Part shown: piece by piece, positions 1 through 13,799 of the stretch | Position numbering within the stretch: the stretch's first letter is position 1 | How the letters are laid out: the number at the start of each line of letters is the position of its first letter | Source of the DNA: Octopus vulgaris | Lineage: Eukaryota | NCBI GenBank assembly: GCA_951406725.2 | Contig: OX597827.1 | Span: forward strand, 83,266,001 to 83,330,000 | Direction of reading: 5' to 3' | Length of the DNA stretch: 64,000 nt | Program-made: the position numbers and the translations under genes | The notes under the pieces: model-generated | Database searches by the model: none | Seen by the model: only the letters and a program-made list of their open reading frames with translations | Told to the model about the DNA's origin: nothing

Positions 1-100
1 CAATCCGAATTTGGGAATTTGCAACCTTTGAAACATGTGTAGAAAATAATAAAAAGGAATTTTGTAGAATCTTCGTTCGGCTCCATTTCTTCCCTTCACG

Positions 101-140
<40 letters not shown>

Positions 141-210
141 CTTCATATATATATATATATAAGAATATATGTATATATAAATGAATATATAGTGTGTATA
201 TATATATATA

Positions 211-251
<41 letters not shown>

Positions 252-469
252 TATATATATGAATATATATATGAATATATATATGAATATATATATACAT
301 ATATATATGAATAAGTGGTGAGAAAGGACTCACAAAATTGATGACAGAGGACCAAGGCACCTGGCAGTTTGCTGTACTTGAAAAGGCACATCTAACTAAG
401 TATAGGTCTGGTTGACTTTGCATACGGTTTTGTCCCCTACATGTTTGTCTAGCTGACCATCCCTTATAA

Positions 470-668
470 GGAACTGGTGCCACGTAAAAAGCACCTGTAC
501 CAATGCCATGTAAACACATGCAGCATAAAAGCACCCAGTATAATCTCTAAAGTGGTTGGTGTCAGGAAGATCATCCAGCTGTAGAGACCATGCCAAAACA
601 GATATGACGCTCCTGTCAAACTGTCCAACTCATGCCAACATAGAACATGGACATCACACATGATGATA
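470..668 (+). mobile_element. RTE 3'-UTR-derived short repeat
   Basis: GTGCCACGTAAAAAGCACC units, GTGGTTGGTGTCAGGAAG..CATCCAGCTGTAGA core and (GAT)n-like tail; the same module follows the RTE ORFs at 22990 and 60190. Confidence 0.75.
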
Positions 669-950
669 ATGTTATATGAATACATACATACATATACATA
701 TATATATATAAACATACATATACATATATTCTTATTTTTTGTATATGTTTGAGCCCTAAGACTGTGGCCATGCACACACAGATAATTATATTATACCTAT
801 ATCTATAATATGCATATATAACATCAGCAAATATTCATATTATATATAAATATGTATAATATAAATACATATTTATATACGATATGAATATCTGTAAATG
901 TTATATATATCGATACATCAATATGTATCAATAATAAAATATATAACAAA

Positions 951-1037
<87 letters not shown>

Positions 1038-1918
1038 AACAGATATATAGATACAAATGCAGATAATAATTTATGATATAAATATATATATGTGTGTATT
1101 ACACACGGGAAGAGAGATACGGAATGTTTGCAACATTCTTGCTGCTATCAATGAGGCACACAAAGATATTTCTTATCCATAATCTATTTTTAATATGTCC
1201 TCCATAATTTGGTAGATTACAAAAAGGAACATGGCTTCACCCTGGCAAAATGAAGAAGTTCTTGATGCCCAGCACCTATACATGCAGGTTATGCTCCTTA
1301 TTTAACCCTAAACTGATGCATAATCGCAGCACACACTACACAATATCATGGTCTGTAAGATTCTATAGGAGAAACTGGTCTCTACATCGACACAGAAGTC
1401 ACTAATATATATAATAATTATACATTATTTAAATAAAAATATTTACAGACACGTATATGTAATATATTACATAATATGGGTGTGTGCACAGAGGCACACA
1501 CACACATTACGTAATACATTGATATGTGTGTGTGCATGTGTGCGCACGCGCAACCTCACGTATTCAAACAGAGGTATACATATAAAAATATAGACATAAT
1601 GGTTTCTATTGAGGCACAACACCCAGAATGTGAAGGGAAGGGGTTTAGCTGATACCATCAACATCAGAATGTGGTATACTATTTTACTGACCCCAGCCAA
1701 AGTTGATCTCACTGGTATTTGAAGTCAGTATATAACGAGAATACATGAGACAATGTATTTTCTTCATAACACAAAATTCCAACATCCCTCCACGACCTCA
1801 ACAAATATATAATACATGCCGATATAATAGTTGTAATACAGAAATAAATTCATATATACATACACATATATGTGTGTGTGTATATACACACATCTAATTA
1901 AGTGTGTGTATATATCTG

Positions 1919-1959
<41 letters not shown>

Positions 1960-2136
1960 CACACACGTTTGTATATAATGTATAAATGCATCTGATGTGT
2001 GTGCACGCACGCACGTATATATATGAAAATGAAATGAAAAAAATATATATACATACACGGAATATGCATAATACATACAATACATTTGTTGCACACAGAC
2101 ATGTTTGTGCAATGAATATATTACATATATTATGCA

Positions 2137-2175
<39 letters not shown>

Positions 2176-2180
<5 letters not shown>

Positions 2181-2205
2181 GTCCGGATGTTTTGCATTCT
2201 TGTCC

Positions 2206-2251
<46 letters not shown>

Positions 2252-2275
2252 GTCCGGATGTTTTGCATTCTTGTC

Positions 2276-2280
<5 letters not shown>
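2176..2280. repeat. Two copies of a 31-nt unit separated by (TA)n
   Basis: GTTGTCCGGATGTTTTGCATTCTTGTCCCAT occurs at ~2178 and ~2248. Confidence 0.9.
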
Positions 2281-2364
<84 letters not shown>

Positions 2365-2463
2365 ACATACATATAAGTATAATATAAATATCATCTTATG
2401 GCATTAAACAGAATGCAATGTTTCCAGAAGCATCTTCATGATTCTAGAAATTATCATTCATAT

Positions 2464-2489
<26 letters not shown>

Positions 2490-2495
<6 letters not shown>

Positions 2496-2662
2496 ATTAT
2501 TTTGTATGTGTGTCTATATATATATATATAAAATTATTTTGTATGATTGTCTATATATATATATATATAAAATTATTTTGTATGATTGTCTATATATATA
2601 TATATATAAAATTATTTTGTATGTGTGTCTATATATATATATATATATAAAATTATTTTGTA

Positions 2663-2703
<41 letters not shown>

Positions 2704-2750
2704 TTTGTATGTGTCTATATATATATATATATATATAAAATTATTTTGTA

Positions 2751-2793
<43 letters not shown>

Positions 2794-2873
2794 TTTGTAT
2801 GTGTGTCTATATATATATATATATATAAAATTATTTTGTATGTGTGTCTATATATATATAAAATTATTTTGTA

Positions 2874-2916
<43 letters not shown>

Positions 2917-2917
2917 A

Positions 2918-2964
<47 letters not shown>

Positions 2965-3362
2965 CTCTTTTACTTGTTTCAGTCATTTTGACTGCGGCCA
3001 TGCTGGAGCACCGCCTTTTAGTCGAGCAACTCGACCCCGGGACTCATTCTTTTTGTAAGCCCAGTACTTATTCTATCGGTCTCTTTTTGCCGAACCACTA
3101 AGTGACGGGGACGTAAACACACCAGCATCGGTTGTCAAGCAATGCTAGGGGAACAAACACAGACACACAAACACACATACATATATATATATACATATAT
3201 AGGACAGGCTTCTTTCAGTTTCCGTCTACCAAATCCACTCACAAGGCATTGGTCGGCCCGGGGCTATAGTAGAAGACACTTGCCCAAGATGCCACGCAGT
3301 GGGACTGAACCCGGAACCATGTGGTGGGTTAGCAAGCTACTTACCACACAGCCACCCCTGCG

Positions 3363-3415
<53 letters not shown>

Positions 3416-3454
3416 TTTGTATGTGTATATATATATATATAAAATTATTTTGTA

Positions 3455-3495
<41 letters not shown>

Positions 3496-3499
3496 TTTG

Positions 3500-3530
<31 letters not shown>

Positions 3531-3542
3531 TAAATTATTTTG

Positions 3543-3587
<45 letters not shown>

Positions 3588-3661
3588 TTTGTATGTGTGT
3601 ATATATATATATATATAAAATTATTTTGTATGTGTCTATATATATATAAAATTATTTTGTA

Positions 3662-3700
<39 letters not shown>
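2490..3700. repeat. Compound minisatellite AAATTATTTTGTATGTGTGTC-(TA)n, about 17-18 units, split by a SINE
   Basis: A near-constant ~21-nt unit alternates with variable-length TA runs on both sides of the SINE at 2962-3364. Confidence 0.9.
2962..3364 (-). mobile_element. tRNA-derived SINE, family A (full length)
   Basis: Reverse complement starts GGCGCAGGGGTGGCTGTGTGGTAAG (A-box-like), has GGTTCAGTCCC (B-box-like) and a CORE-like TGGCATCTTGGGCAAGTGTCTT, and ends GAAACAAGTAAAAGAGTA; near-identical to 56046-56443. Confidence 0.9.
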
Positions 3701-3705
<5 letters not shown>

Positions 3706-3897
3706 ATTCATAGAATGCACACACATTATACACATATAATGATGATGAAGATATAATACATTACATGTGTGTGAGTATTGATATATACTTCATTATCTAT
3801 AGTATACTAATAAATATATATAAAATATATTATATATATTTTTATTTACATATATAAAATACATTATACATGTATGCATAACATATATGTACATAAC

Positions 3898-3936
<39 letters not shown>

Positions 3937-4016
3937 CGCACACATATACAAATATATTTATATAACATTATTTTATGATTTTATAAACACACACACACAA
4001 AATTTGTATATAATTG

Positions 4017-4061
<45 letters not shown>

Positions 4062-4158
4062 TTATATAAAAATTTATCGTATATTGCTTTCGCAATGTAT
4101 TTTCATTAAGTATAAATGAATATACCTATGTATATTTATATATATCTGATTATATATA

Positions 4159-4201
<43 letters not shown>

Positions 4202-4261
4202 TCATATGTGTGTGTGTGTGGAGGCGCATGTGTATGTGTATATGTGTGGGGGTTTTTTAAA

Positions 4262-4308
<47 letters not shown>

Positions 4309-4379
4309 CTACAAAAGAAAGAGACAAGTAAATTATATATAATAATTACATACGATATACATAACTATAATATAATTAC

Positions 4380-4438
<59 letters not shown>

Positions 4439-4975
4439 AAGGATTAACATGTACAGCAGAGGGTGTAGTACAAGTTCCCTGGGTATACTTTAACTTTTTC
4501 TATCTGAAAGAGATTTTCAACCCAATATTTGTATGCTGGGCTTCAGAACTTTTATGCATACTTTGGAATCCACTATTCCTATAAAGAATTATTATTTCTC
4601 ATTGTCTACGAAGTTCATAAAATTCTTATGACATCAACAGTGTGTGTGCGTGAGAGAGAGAGAGAGGGTGTGTGCGAGAGAGAGAGAGAGTGTGAGAGAG
4701 AGAGTATGTGAGAGAGGGGTTGCAGCAAGAAAATAGAGAATGTTCTTATTTTGGCCAGGCCGTCTCTTGCTACTCACTCTGAATTTTGCCTCTGGGTGCA
4801 GAGGGTTTTCAGGTAAGTTACCGACATAACTCATCTGAAGAGCCTACGTTCCCAGAAGGTAGAACTTGGAGTAGCAGATCACTAACTTAATAAAAATAAA
4901 ATATATTATTAATCTCATTTAAGGTACTGAGACCTCTTTCTTAAGACTGTCAACAATACATATATATATATATAC

Positions 4976-5034
<59 letters not shown>

Positions 5035-5160
5035 TAGATATATACATATATACATACACACACACACATATATATATACATACACACACCCCTAATATAC
5101 TTATATGTATACACAAATACATATAACATTCGTACAGATGTGTGTATATGTATGTATGCA

Positions 5161-5202
<42 letters not shown>

Positions 5203-5238
5203 ATCCAAACAAGAAAGCACAAAAAAACAATGCGAGGA

Positions 5239-5282
<44 letters not shown>

Positions 5283-5350
5283 GCCATAAATAGACAGATA
5301 TCGATACATGTATATTATTACAGTAAATTTATCTGAGATCCTGCACACTT

Positions 5351-5435
<85 letters not shown>

Positions 5436-5699
5436 CAAACATGTAGATCGAGATGAGAAAACGTCAACGTATTTGTAAAGATAAATATTCAATTTACAGT
5501 GTAAACTAATAAGAATATAGAATCAAAGCTGCTTTATTACTGTATTATAGCTTCACACACGCTACTCTGATCACTTTATTTTATCTTCTGTAGTCGTACA
5601 AAATTAAAAATATATTCCTTTGAAGTACGTAGCCATATTTTGAAATAAAATACTGTCTCTGTACTGGATGTCTAATTAAACTCTCTATGTTGTACACTT

Positions 5700-6008
5700 G
5701 AGCTAGTGGTGAGACATCGAACTTGACCCCGATGAGATTCCATAGTTGTTCTGTCTGGCTAAGCAGCAGCAGCAGCAGCAGCAGTAAGAGTTGTTCTGAC
5801 TGACAGCGGCTGAGCACGAACACACAGACAGATTGTACTATGTCTGTCGTCCCGAACCAGACACATATTACGTAATCTGGCCTAGATATCCAGACATGCT
5901 TTCTGCGCCGCCAACTGCTGTTTGTGTCTGCCACTGTAAGAAGCAGTTGGAGAGAACAGTACAGTGACAGGTGCGCTGTGTGTTATGTGTGTGTGAGTGA
6001 GTGTGTGT

Positions 6009-6041
<33 letters not shown>

Positions 6042-6187
6042 AAACTCCACCTACTTTATACACACAACCACAGCAACACTAGGTTGAGGAGTAGAATCTG
6101 AGACAAATAGAAATAGAAAAACTAGCAGTAGTAGACAAAACAAGCAGCTTGTCTTTACTGCTCACAACCAGATACCTCTCTCACACA

Positions 6188-6227
<40 letters not shown>

Positions 6228-6538
6228 CTTCCCTGTAGTTTTATCATCATCATCTACTTTTCTTTTTCTTTTTCTTTTTCATCATCATCATCATCATCAT
6301 CATCATGGGGCCGTCTTTCCCCTCTTCCAAGTCTGATGACCTATATGTCGGTGGCGGCCACTTCGACAGCTGGTGGGTGGATGTTATGTCTACTATACAT
6401 ATCTGTCAATCTTCTAAGATGTTGGCCACTACTTCAAAGCAGCAGGCTGCCAATAACGTGCACATGGCTGATTGGTAAGCTATATATATGTGTGTGTGTG
6501 TGTGTATACGCACATACATATTCATGCATGCGGGCGGG

Positions 6539-6596
<58 letters not shown>

Positions 6597-7560
6597 CCAG
6601 TCCATATATAGTCGCTGGTTTTCTGCAGTTTGGAGTAAAAGTTGAGAGAATAGTTGTGCCTGTTGCAGACAAGGAGGCTAACTCGTGCAATCATCATCAT
6701 TGCTAAGTGGTGAGAGAGGGGAGGGGGCGGTTATCAGTTATCTGTCCACAGTTAAGTAAACATGTTGAGTAGACAGTGTGTGTTGTTGCCAACAGGAAAT
6801 TATTATCAATCTGTTTTTAGAAGAAGCCAATATTTGTTGTTATTTAGTATTCAGCTAATTAATTGATCACACACACACACACACACACACACAACAGGCA
6901 AACTTTCCTGATACGTTATTAACACTGCGTCATCTCCTCCTCCCACTGCTGCCGCACACACACACACACGCACGCACACACACACACAGAGGCTCTTCAG
7001 TGTCTTTGTCTAAGGTTTATTACAGCTATAACTAATTAACATATTTCAGGCATCATAAATAAAATTGACAAAAAGCTATTGAAGTGGACAACAGGGCTTC
7101 CAGACGAAATTCTTGGGAGAGAGAGAGGAGAGCGTATACGAACGAGATAAAAAGGAATTCTGCTCTGAAGGACCACAGTGACCTGTGACCTCCAGTCTAC
7201 AACTGACATCGATTATGTAAAACTCAATAACTGTCTGTCGACTCTCTCTGATGAAGGTGAGAGGCAAGAGAGAAAGAAAGACAGACTCCTCCTCCTCCTC
7301 CTCCTTCCACTCCTAACATAAATGTTATTGCAGTTATGTATGTAGTTGTTGTTGTTGTTGTTACCTCTCACTTGCAGCCGAATCTGGCAGACAAAACTGT
7401 GTTCTAATCCGCACCGAGCGAAACTTACCCGTAACGGATCACCAACACATTCAAAGGAAGCTTGCAAACACTGAACGGGCAACAAAAATGTCAAGAATGC
7501 AGCACAAGCGAATCGAAAGACTCGGTTTTCGGTGTCGTGACGACGCCTCTGACTTTTTAA
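5700..7560. promoter_or_regulatory. Candidate promoter/first-exon region
   Basis: Locally CpG-retaining and poor in transposons; GGGGCGG (~6724), CCAAT/ATTGG (~6450-6475), GA tracts, TTACGTAA (~5868), clustered CAGAC/GTCTG, and a strong minus-strand donor CGG|GTAAGT at 7429/7428. Confidence 0.3.
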
Positions 7561-7871
7561 CAGGTAGAAACTAGTCTCAAAGGGGTCGCCCTATTTGCTA
7601 GAAATAGCATCCAAGCGCCCATCAAATCACATCTTAAAGAATACATTGGACAAGAAGTCCTTTGATATTAAAAAAAAGGCGGGATTGGCACGGTTGGAAT
7701 GTATGAACATAAGTCTGTTTAATTAGGGTTACTCATGGGCTAAACGACAATAGTAGCAAGGTCACAAAGCCACATAGGACACAATTTGATTGTTACATCG
7801 GAAGGATGACAAATAGAACAGTCCCGAAATTGAAAAGGGCCATGACTACATCTGTCAACTAACTTTACCAT

Positions 7872-8075
7872 CCAATGGTTTCAAATTTTAGCACAAGTTC
7901 GGGGGGGGGGGGGAGTAAGCTGATTACATTGACCTCAATGCTCAACTGGTACTTATTTAATCAACCCCGAAAGGATGAAAGGCAAAGTTGACCTTGGTGA
8001 AATTTGAACTCTGAACACAAAGACAGATGAAATGCCACTAAGCATTCTGCCAGGCATGCTCACCATTCTGCCATC
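7872..8075 (-). mobile_element. tRNA-derived SINE, family B
   Basis: Reverse complement of TGGCAGAAT..GAGTTCAAAT..GCCTTTCATCCTTTCGGGGTTGATTAAATAAGTACCAG. Confidence 0.85.
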
Positions 8076-9243
8076 TTGCTACAAGCATCACAATAATAAT
8101 ACTAATAATAATTTCAAAAATGTTGTATAGTCGATTATATTCAGCAGCCCCAGGATATCAGTGGTATATTTTATTGACCATGAAAAGATGAAAGCAAAGT
8201 CTATTGTGACAAAAACTGAACTCAGATATAAATGGACCCAAGTACATCTTTCAAGACATTCTACTCATCAGGGAAACACAGGTGTGTGTCAATAAAATTA
8301 GAAGGAGAAAACCCCAACATCCATGGTACTCTTGTGACAAGAATTACCAACCCTAGCTGCTATATTGGCTCTAGCTTGTTATATAGGTCTTAGCTGTTAT
8401 AGCAGTCAGGGCTGCTTATAAGTTTTGAAGGAACAATGTCATCCAAAATACTATGTTTAATGGGCTATGTGATAGACCCACTATCATGCCAACAGTCAGA
8501 AGAAATGGGTTGGGTAAATAAAAGGTGATGTAGGGCTTGAAGGGGTACAAGAAAGTAAGGGCAAAGAAGGCATTTATTAAAGTTTGGAATATGTTACACT
8601 AGTTAGTTTCAGGCCTAAATCACCATTCAAAATGGATACTCTGACCCAAATTTACTTCAGAACTTTTTCGTTTTACAAAAGAATTTCTTGATGTAGTAGG
8701 AAATATTTACTGTGTTTAGAGTTGCTGTTGTTTTGAGCACTATCTGGTAGCACTGGGGACAGATGAACTAATGAAAAGTTTAAAGGTCAGCTGATCTTAT
8801 TGCTTTAACCTCTCCCAGTGGGGAACAATAACATAGTTAATGTCCAGTTTGAACTTTCCAAAACATCAGTCCTTCAAAAAGAAATACAGGCAGCTAATAA
8901 TGTCTATCACACACATTAGAATTCATGAGCTTCGTCTGTAGACTGACCACCACCTGGTCGTTGGATGCTTGTAGTAGAGTCCACTATGTTGCAAGCACTT
9001 GTGCCAAGTTTCCTTCTGCACACCTAGGAGGTCCTGAAAAGGATCATAGCTGCTGTTGCACTTCTACCTCTGACCAAATAATTAAAAAAGCAGCAGAGAC
9101 CTAGTAGAGATATTAAAACAGACTGATTATATAGAAAAAGTACATAGCCATATACATCATATATACAGACAGTATATACTAATGCCAATATAGACTACTC
9201 ATAGCAGTAAAGACCCCTCAGACACACACACACACTCTCTCTT

Positions 9244-9279
<36 letters not shown>

Positions 9280-10309
9280 CACAAACCAGTTATAGATCCC
9301 AAATATGAAAACAGACAGCACACAGTCATATAGACCCCTTACTGTCAGCAAAAGTCTTGAAATGAAATAGAGACTGAACAAATTAAAAATATTTTAAACA
9401 ATGAACTACAGATTTGTTTTGAACTGGGAAGATCTACATGGAGAGTCTCCCCAAAGATTGAGCATATCCTCTAGTACAGAGGATATCCTGCCAAAGAGGT
9501 TGGTCACTCTCAACACATGCGATTAAGAAATAGAAACCTAAGTAGTTATAAAGCATTTTGTATGCGCGCGTGCGTGCGCGGAGAAGCAACAAAGGATTTT
9601 CATAATGAGAGAGAAAGAGAAGAAAATGAACGATAATGAGTAATGCGGTGATTAGTAATTCCTGTAGACTTGTTGGTTGTCAAGTGATGTATGAACAGAT
9701 CAAATAACTCTCAGTCAAAATATATACTGAGATCTCCTCAACACTGTAGCCAAAAGAAATCCTCCACAAAGTGATAAATTGTTCAATAAATTGTAGGAAT
9801 CAGTTGGCTTTCTTATACCTCTGTAGGTCAGCCTTGATGGAGCAGACCTGAAGCAACAATCCAGCCATTGCCATGCTGTCTTTTATCCAACTACAATGTA
9901 TTTAGGATAATGATGGTGGGGTGGCTGGTGGCCGTAGCACTCAACAGCAGCAGCAGGTGTTGGGATAATGTTGTATCTCCACGAAGGAATTTATTTTTGG
10001 CAAAGCAGAAAGGTAGTCAAACATTAAATGAAACTAATACGATATTATTGACTGACTATGGAAGTTAAAGTTGACCTGCAGTCCGAAAAGTGAATCAACA
10101 AAGCTAAGGCTATCAAGAGATGCTGAGCCAGCTATTTGCAAGCACATCATCACATGTATGCAAGTCTCTCCAACGACAGTTATTAAGGAAATGAGAAAGC
10201 AACCAACAGAAAAGTCATTGGAAGACATGATACAGGCTTGGTAAAATGGTGAAGTTAGTGATGTTAATGCTACTAATTAGCTTGATGGATTAAAAGGAAG
10301 TTACAAAAA

Positions 10310-10590
10310 CACTCCATCCTCTCGCCCTTACAGACATGCTGTGAACCCTTCTCATTTTTTTCTGCTTCTTCTACTACTAGGACTACTTATTGAGTTGGCT
10401 GATCTCATGCCACTCCTACTTAGTCACTCACTTTTGTCCCTTTCTTCCCCTAGATTGTGGTACCACCAGCAGGTCTCTAACTACTGTAGCCAATCCTTCT
10501 TTCCCAGAACATCAGTCCTCTGGAATCTCCTCCCTTCATGTTTTCTCTGAAGCCATTGACTTGCAAGTAGACTACAACAGCATCAATTTC
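10310..10590 (+). mobile_element. Decayed 3' end of a CR1/L2-group LINE
   Basis: Translates to QSFFPRTSVLWNLLPS, matching the SFFPRTxxLWNxLP C-terminal motif of CR1/L2/Jockey-group ORF2. Confidence 0.6.
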
Positions 10591-10680
10591 ACTGGGTCCA
10601 GTCAACCAGTGAATGCCATCCGTGCAGCAGCCCCTAACAGACAGAGATTACTTAAAACATTCCAACTCCATCATTTAAAA

Positions 10681-10943
10681 CAGTGATTCTCAACCATTTT
10701 TTGTCTATGGACCCTTTTGATTCCTATTTTATTCAGGGAGGTGGGGGACCCTCTAGCCATTCAATACCTAAAAACTCCAATTATATTTTTCTGATTAAAT
10801 ACTATTAGGGATTGTATTAAAAAAAAAAACGTTTAAATATGTTGTGTATTGTAGAAATATAATAGTTTATTAAACATAATTTTTAACGACAAAATTTTAT
10901 ATGGATCCCCAAGGGCTATATGAACCCCTGTTGAAAATCACTG
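10681..10943. mobile_element. Non-autonomous hAT (Charlie-like) MITE
   Basis: TIRs CAGTGATTCTCAAC / GTTGAAAATCACTG with a perfect 8-bp TSD ATTTAAAA (10673-10680 and 10944-10951). Confidence 0.9.
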
Positions 10944-11245
10944 ATTTAAAATAAAAATTAAGCCTCTTCCCCTTTCCCATTACAATTCAACATGTCTGTT
11001 ACACTGTAATTTCGTTATATTCTGATTTGGAGTTATCACAACATAATGGAATGCTCTACAGTATTAACAGTCATTTGATTATATTTTCATGTGAGGTCTT
11101 TTAGTTAATAAGTATTTCACATAGGCCTATAGCAGCACTGACCTATTGTAATTCTGCTTGCATCTATACTTACAAATGGTTGAATACCGTTGAAGATGTT
11201 GGAAATTAAGTTAAACTTGAGCAGTCAAGTATTTCAGATGAAATA

Positions 11246-11664
11246 CAGGGTGTACCCAAAAATTTAACTTCATTTCATAGTCAATTCTCACCCAAATGAT
11301 CTCAAATTTTAACATAATGTAATTTTTTTTCTATGGGGCTATGTGAAAGGTCTAGTCTATATCCTCCCCATTCTTCCTACAAATCCTAGAGGAACACAAA
11401 CCACTGAGGTACTACAGCGTGTTTGGCAGGAGCTGGACTACTGACTTCACAGTCATAGTGTCACAGGTGATGTGCACATTGAACATTTGGGAAGCTTTGT
11501 GAAATCAGTTATAAAATCTACATCCCTCCGTATCTCTTGTTTAGATTTTGATAAATAGATCTTTTATCATTCAACATGTAGCCTATTTAATTTCGTTTGC
11601 CTCAGACATGTAGTTACTTAGATATTCACATTTTAAATAATGTCAATTTTGGGGGGACACCCTG
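11246..11664 (+). mobile_element. Internally deleted Tc1/mariner element
   Basis: TA-flanked TIRs CAGGGTGTACCCAAAAATT / AATTTTGGGGGGACACCCTG; internal remnants FFLWGYVKGLVY, LQRVWQELDY and HIEHL of a transposase C-terminus. Confidence 0.85.
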
Positions 11665-12016
11665 TACCATTAAACCTGATCTGTTGTTGTAGAAGTGTCC
11701 ATTGGAAAATGAACTTTATAGCAATAAGGGCAATGCCAGATAAACTGTTAGTTTCACATGAAGATTGACTTCACAACAAAACAGACAACAGCCTCTTCAT
11801 CCGTATCACATAAATGAAGCAGAAGCTTTGTGACATACGATGCTCTGACATTATCTCAGGTGAAAATAGAATATCAACATCAGGTGTTCTGTAATAAAGC
11901 TACAAGGTGATCATCAGAGTTGTCTTGTAAAGTGAAATAAAGATAAACTATATGCAGTGAACAAACCTATCTTTTAATAATAATAATAATGATGATGATG
12001 ATGATGATGATAATAA

Positions 12017-12360
12017 TAAGAGCACTCAGAGAGCACAAACTTCTGTCAAGGCAACACCAATGTTATCTCAACAATTAAGCCAGAGATAATTTTTAAAATG
12101 AGAATGTCTGAAATAAACTCGACTGCTCTCACGAACGAGAATGCTAAAAAATGAACCTGATCGCTCTCAAAAATTAAGTAAAAAAAACAGGAAAAATAAT
12201 CCCAAATCCTTGTCTGGTACCGGATCTATCCCAAAATCTAATCAGTTCATGACAGTTATGAGGCCAAACATCCCTGAAAGTTTCATCCAAATCCATCCAG
12301 CAGTTCTGGAGATATCACGACTGAAAACAACACCTCTGTCTTCACTAAGGTGGAGGTAAT
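12017..12360 (+). mobile_element. Helentron/DINE-1-like non-autonomous element
   Basis: 5' AAACTTCTGTCAAGG echoed in the 3' stem-loop ACCTCTGTCTTCACTAAGGTGGAGGT; internal AAGTTTCATCCAAATCC..TTCTGGAGATATC typical of such elements. Confidence 0.55.
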
Positions 12361-12369
12361 AATAAATTG

Positions 12370-12923
12370 TCCTGATGCAAGACCAGGCACTACCTCTCAT
12401 GGCTTCTGATCTTAACTGACTGAAAGTGTCATTATGTACATGTTTTGTCTTCGTACAAAAAGATAGGCTACAGCAAACATTCTGCTCAATACCACAGACT
12501 TGCTAGTCACCTTAACCAGTTGAGCATGTCCCTTTGTGGCTGACAATATGCGTATCTCTGATCACAAGCAAGAGTAGAGGGGGGGGAGGATCATAAGCTT
12601 GTGTTAAGAGGAATTCTTTGGGGTTTGAATAATTCACCTCTGGAAACATCATCCTTGAACAAACATTATTCAGGGACCTTTTGAGTGGGATGAGCTACTC
12701 AACCTGAAGTAACTTGTACCTAGGCCCCATCTGCAAGGTCATGCATTGTTTACCTCGATATGAGATCACCATGTCACACACATGATTGTGGTGCATGTAC
12801 CTGATGTACCCTTATCAGGAAGGTAGTCATGATGAGTGTATTGGGCTTCATATGTTTGTACCCCAGTGTCACTTTGATGGCATGCACTACTCTCTCACTC
12901 AATAATAATAATAATAATAATAA
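12370..12923 (+). repeat. Interspersed repeat ending in (AAT)n, probably a LINE 3' UTR; second partial copy at 13365-13800
   Basis: CTCTCATGGCTTCTGATCTTAACTGA..GTACATGTTTTG..GGCTACAGC is shared between the two copies. Confidence 0.7.
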
Positions 12924-12924
12924 T

Positions 12925-13278
12925 AGAAGCTGCTTATTTATCGACCCATCATGCCCGTTTGAGTCCAGGATCATAGAGACAGAAGAAGAAAAAGAAAGAA
13001 AAAAAACAATCCCCTAAAATTTGAAATAGCAAGAATTTGGAGCATGCAAACAGTAATGGTCATGCTTATAATAAAAAATTGTGCACTGGGATCAATAGAA
13101 TGCCCAGTGGAGCTCCTACAGAAAGTGTGTCTCTTAGGGACAGCAAGGATTATCAGGAGGGTCCTAAGCACTTGAAAGACTGCTGAAAACTTGTGGATAT
13201 CTAAGGTTACCAGTAGTAACCCACTATCTGCATAATCCCTACCAGGAACATGAGACAAACCAAAATAATAATAATAAT
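12925..13278 (+). mobile_element. R4/Dong-clade LINE 3' fragment (restriction-like endonuclease C-terminus)
   Basis: Translates across frameshifts to CLFIDPSCPFESRIIETEEEK..NPLKFEIARIWSMQTV..ALGSI..ELLQKVCLLGTARIIRRVLST*; flanked by (AAT)n on both sides. Confidence 0.8.
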
Positions 13279-13452
13279 CCTTTCTACTATAGGCAATTTT
13301 TTGCGAGAAGGGGATAGTTGATTACATCAGCCCCAGTATTTCACTGGTACTTATTTCATTGATGTCTTGATGCAGTACCAGGCTGTGGCTCTCATGGCTT
13401 CTGATCTTAACTGATTGGAAGCGTTATCATGTACATGTTTTGCCTTGGTGTA

Positions 13453-13700
13453 TGTTGTGGCAAGAGTCATTGACACCCCTGGTGGACTGAAGAATGGACT
13501 AGCCGAACTCTTACAAAGAGTAAAGGTCGGTAGTAGTCGGCCAGTAGTGGAGAGAGTGTTTAGATAGCCTCGCGAAGTATGTCATGTGAACACATTGATT
13601 AAACTTGCACTGCAGACTACTACCGACCTCTATTCTTTATAAGAGTTCGGCTACTTCACTCTTCAGTCCACCAGGGGAGTCAATGATTCTTGCCACAACA
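13453..13700. mobile_element. 248-bp TGT...ACA fold-back element with 5-bp TSD (Ginger-like MITE)
   Basis: ~85-bp imperfect TIRs starting TGTTGTGGCAAGAGTCATTGAC; TSD GTGTA at 13448-13452 and 13701-13705; the paralogous host repeat near 12450 lacks the insert. Confidence 0.85.
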
Positions 13701-13799
13701 GTGTAAAGAATGGGCTACAGCTTTGTACCACAAATTTGCTCAACAGTTGCTTGACTTTAACCAGTTGAACATGTCCCTTAGTGACTAATGATATGTGCA

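Noticed and set aside
2490-3700. CRISPR-like repeat-spacer array
   Set aside because: Spacers are pure (TA)n, the context is eukaryotic and there are no cas genes.
4830-4880. CTGAAGA-GCCT..AGGT-AGAAC hammerhead-like string
   Set aside because: GAAA is incomplete and there is no convincing stem I or stem III.
143-5492. Many YI/HT/CV-rich ORFs here and at 31665-32950
   Set aside because: They are translations of stop-free dinucleotide microsatellites.
5581-5934. 117-aa ORF with polyL
   Set aside because: Driven by a (CAG)n repeat, with no domain or clear splice support.
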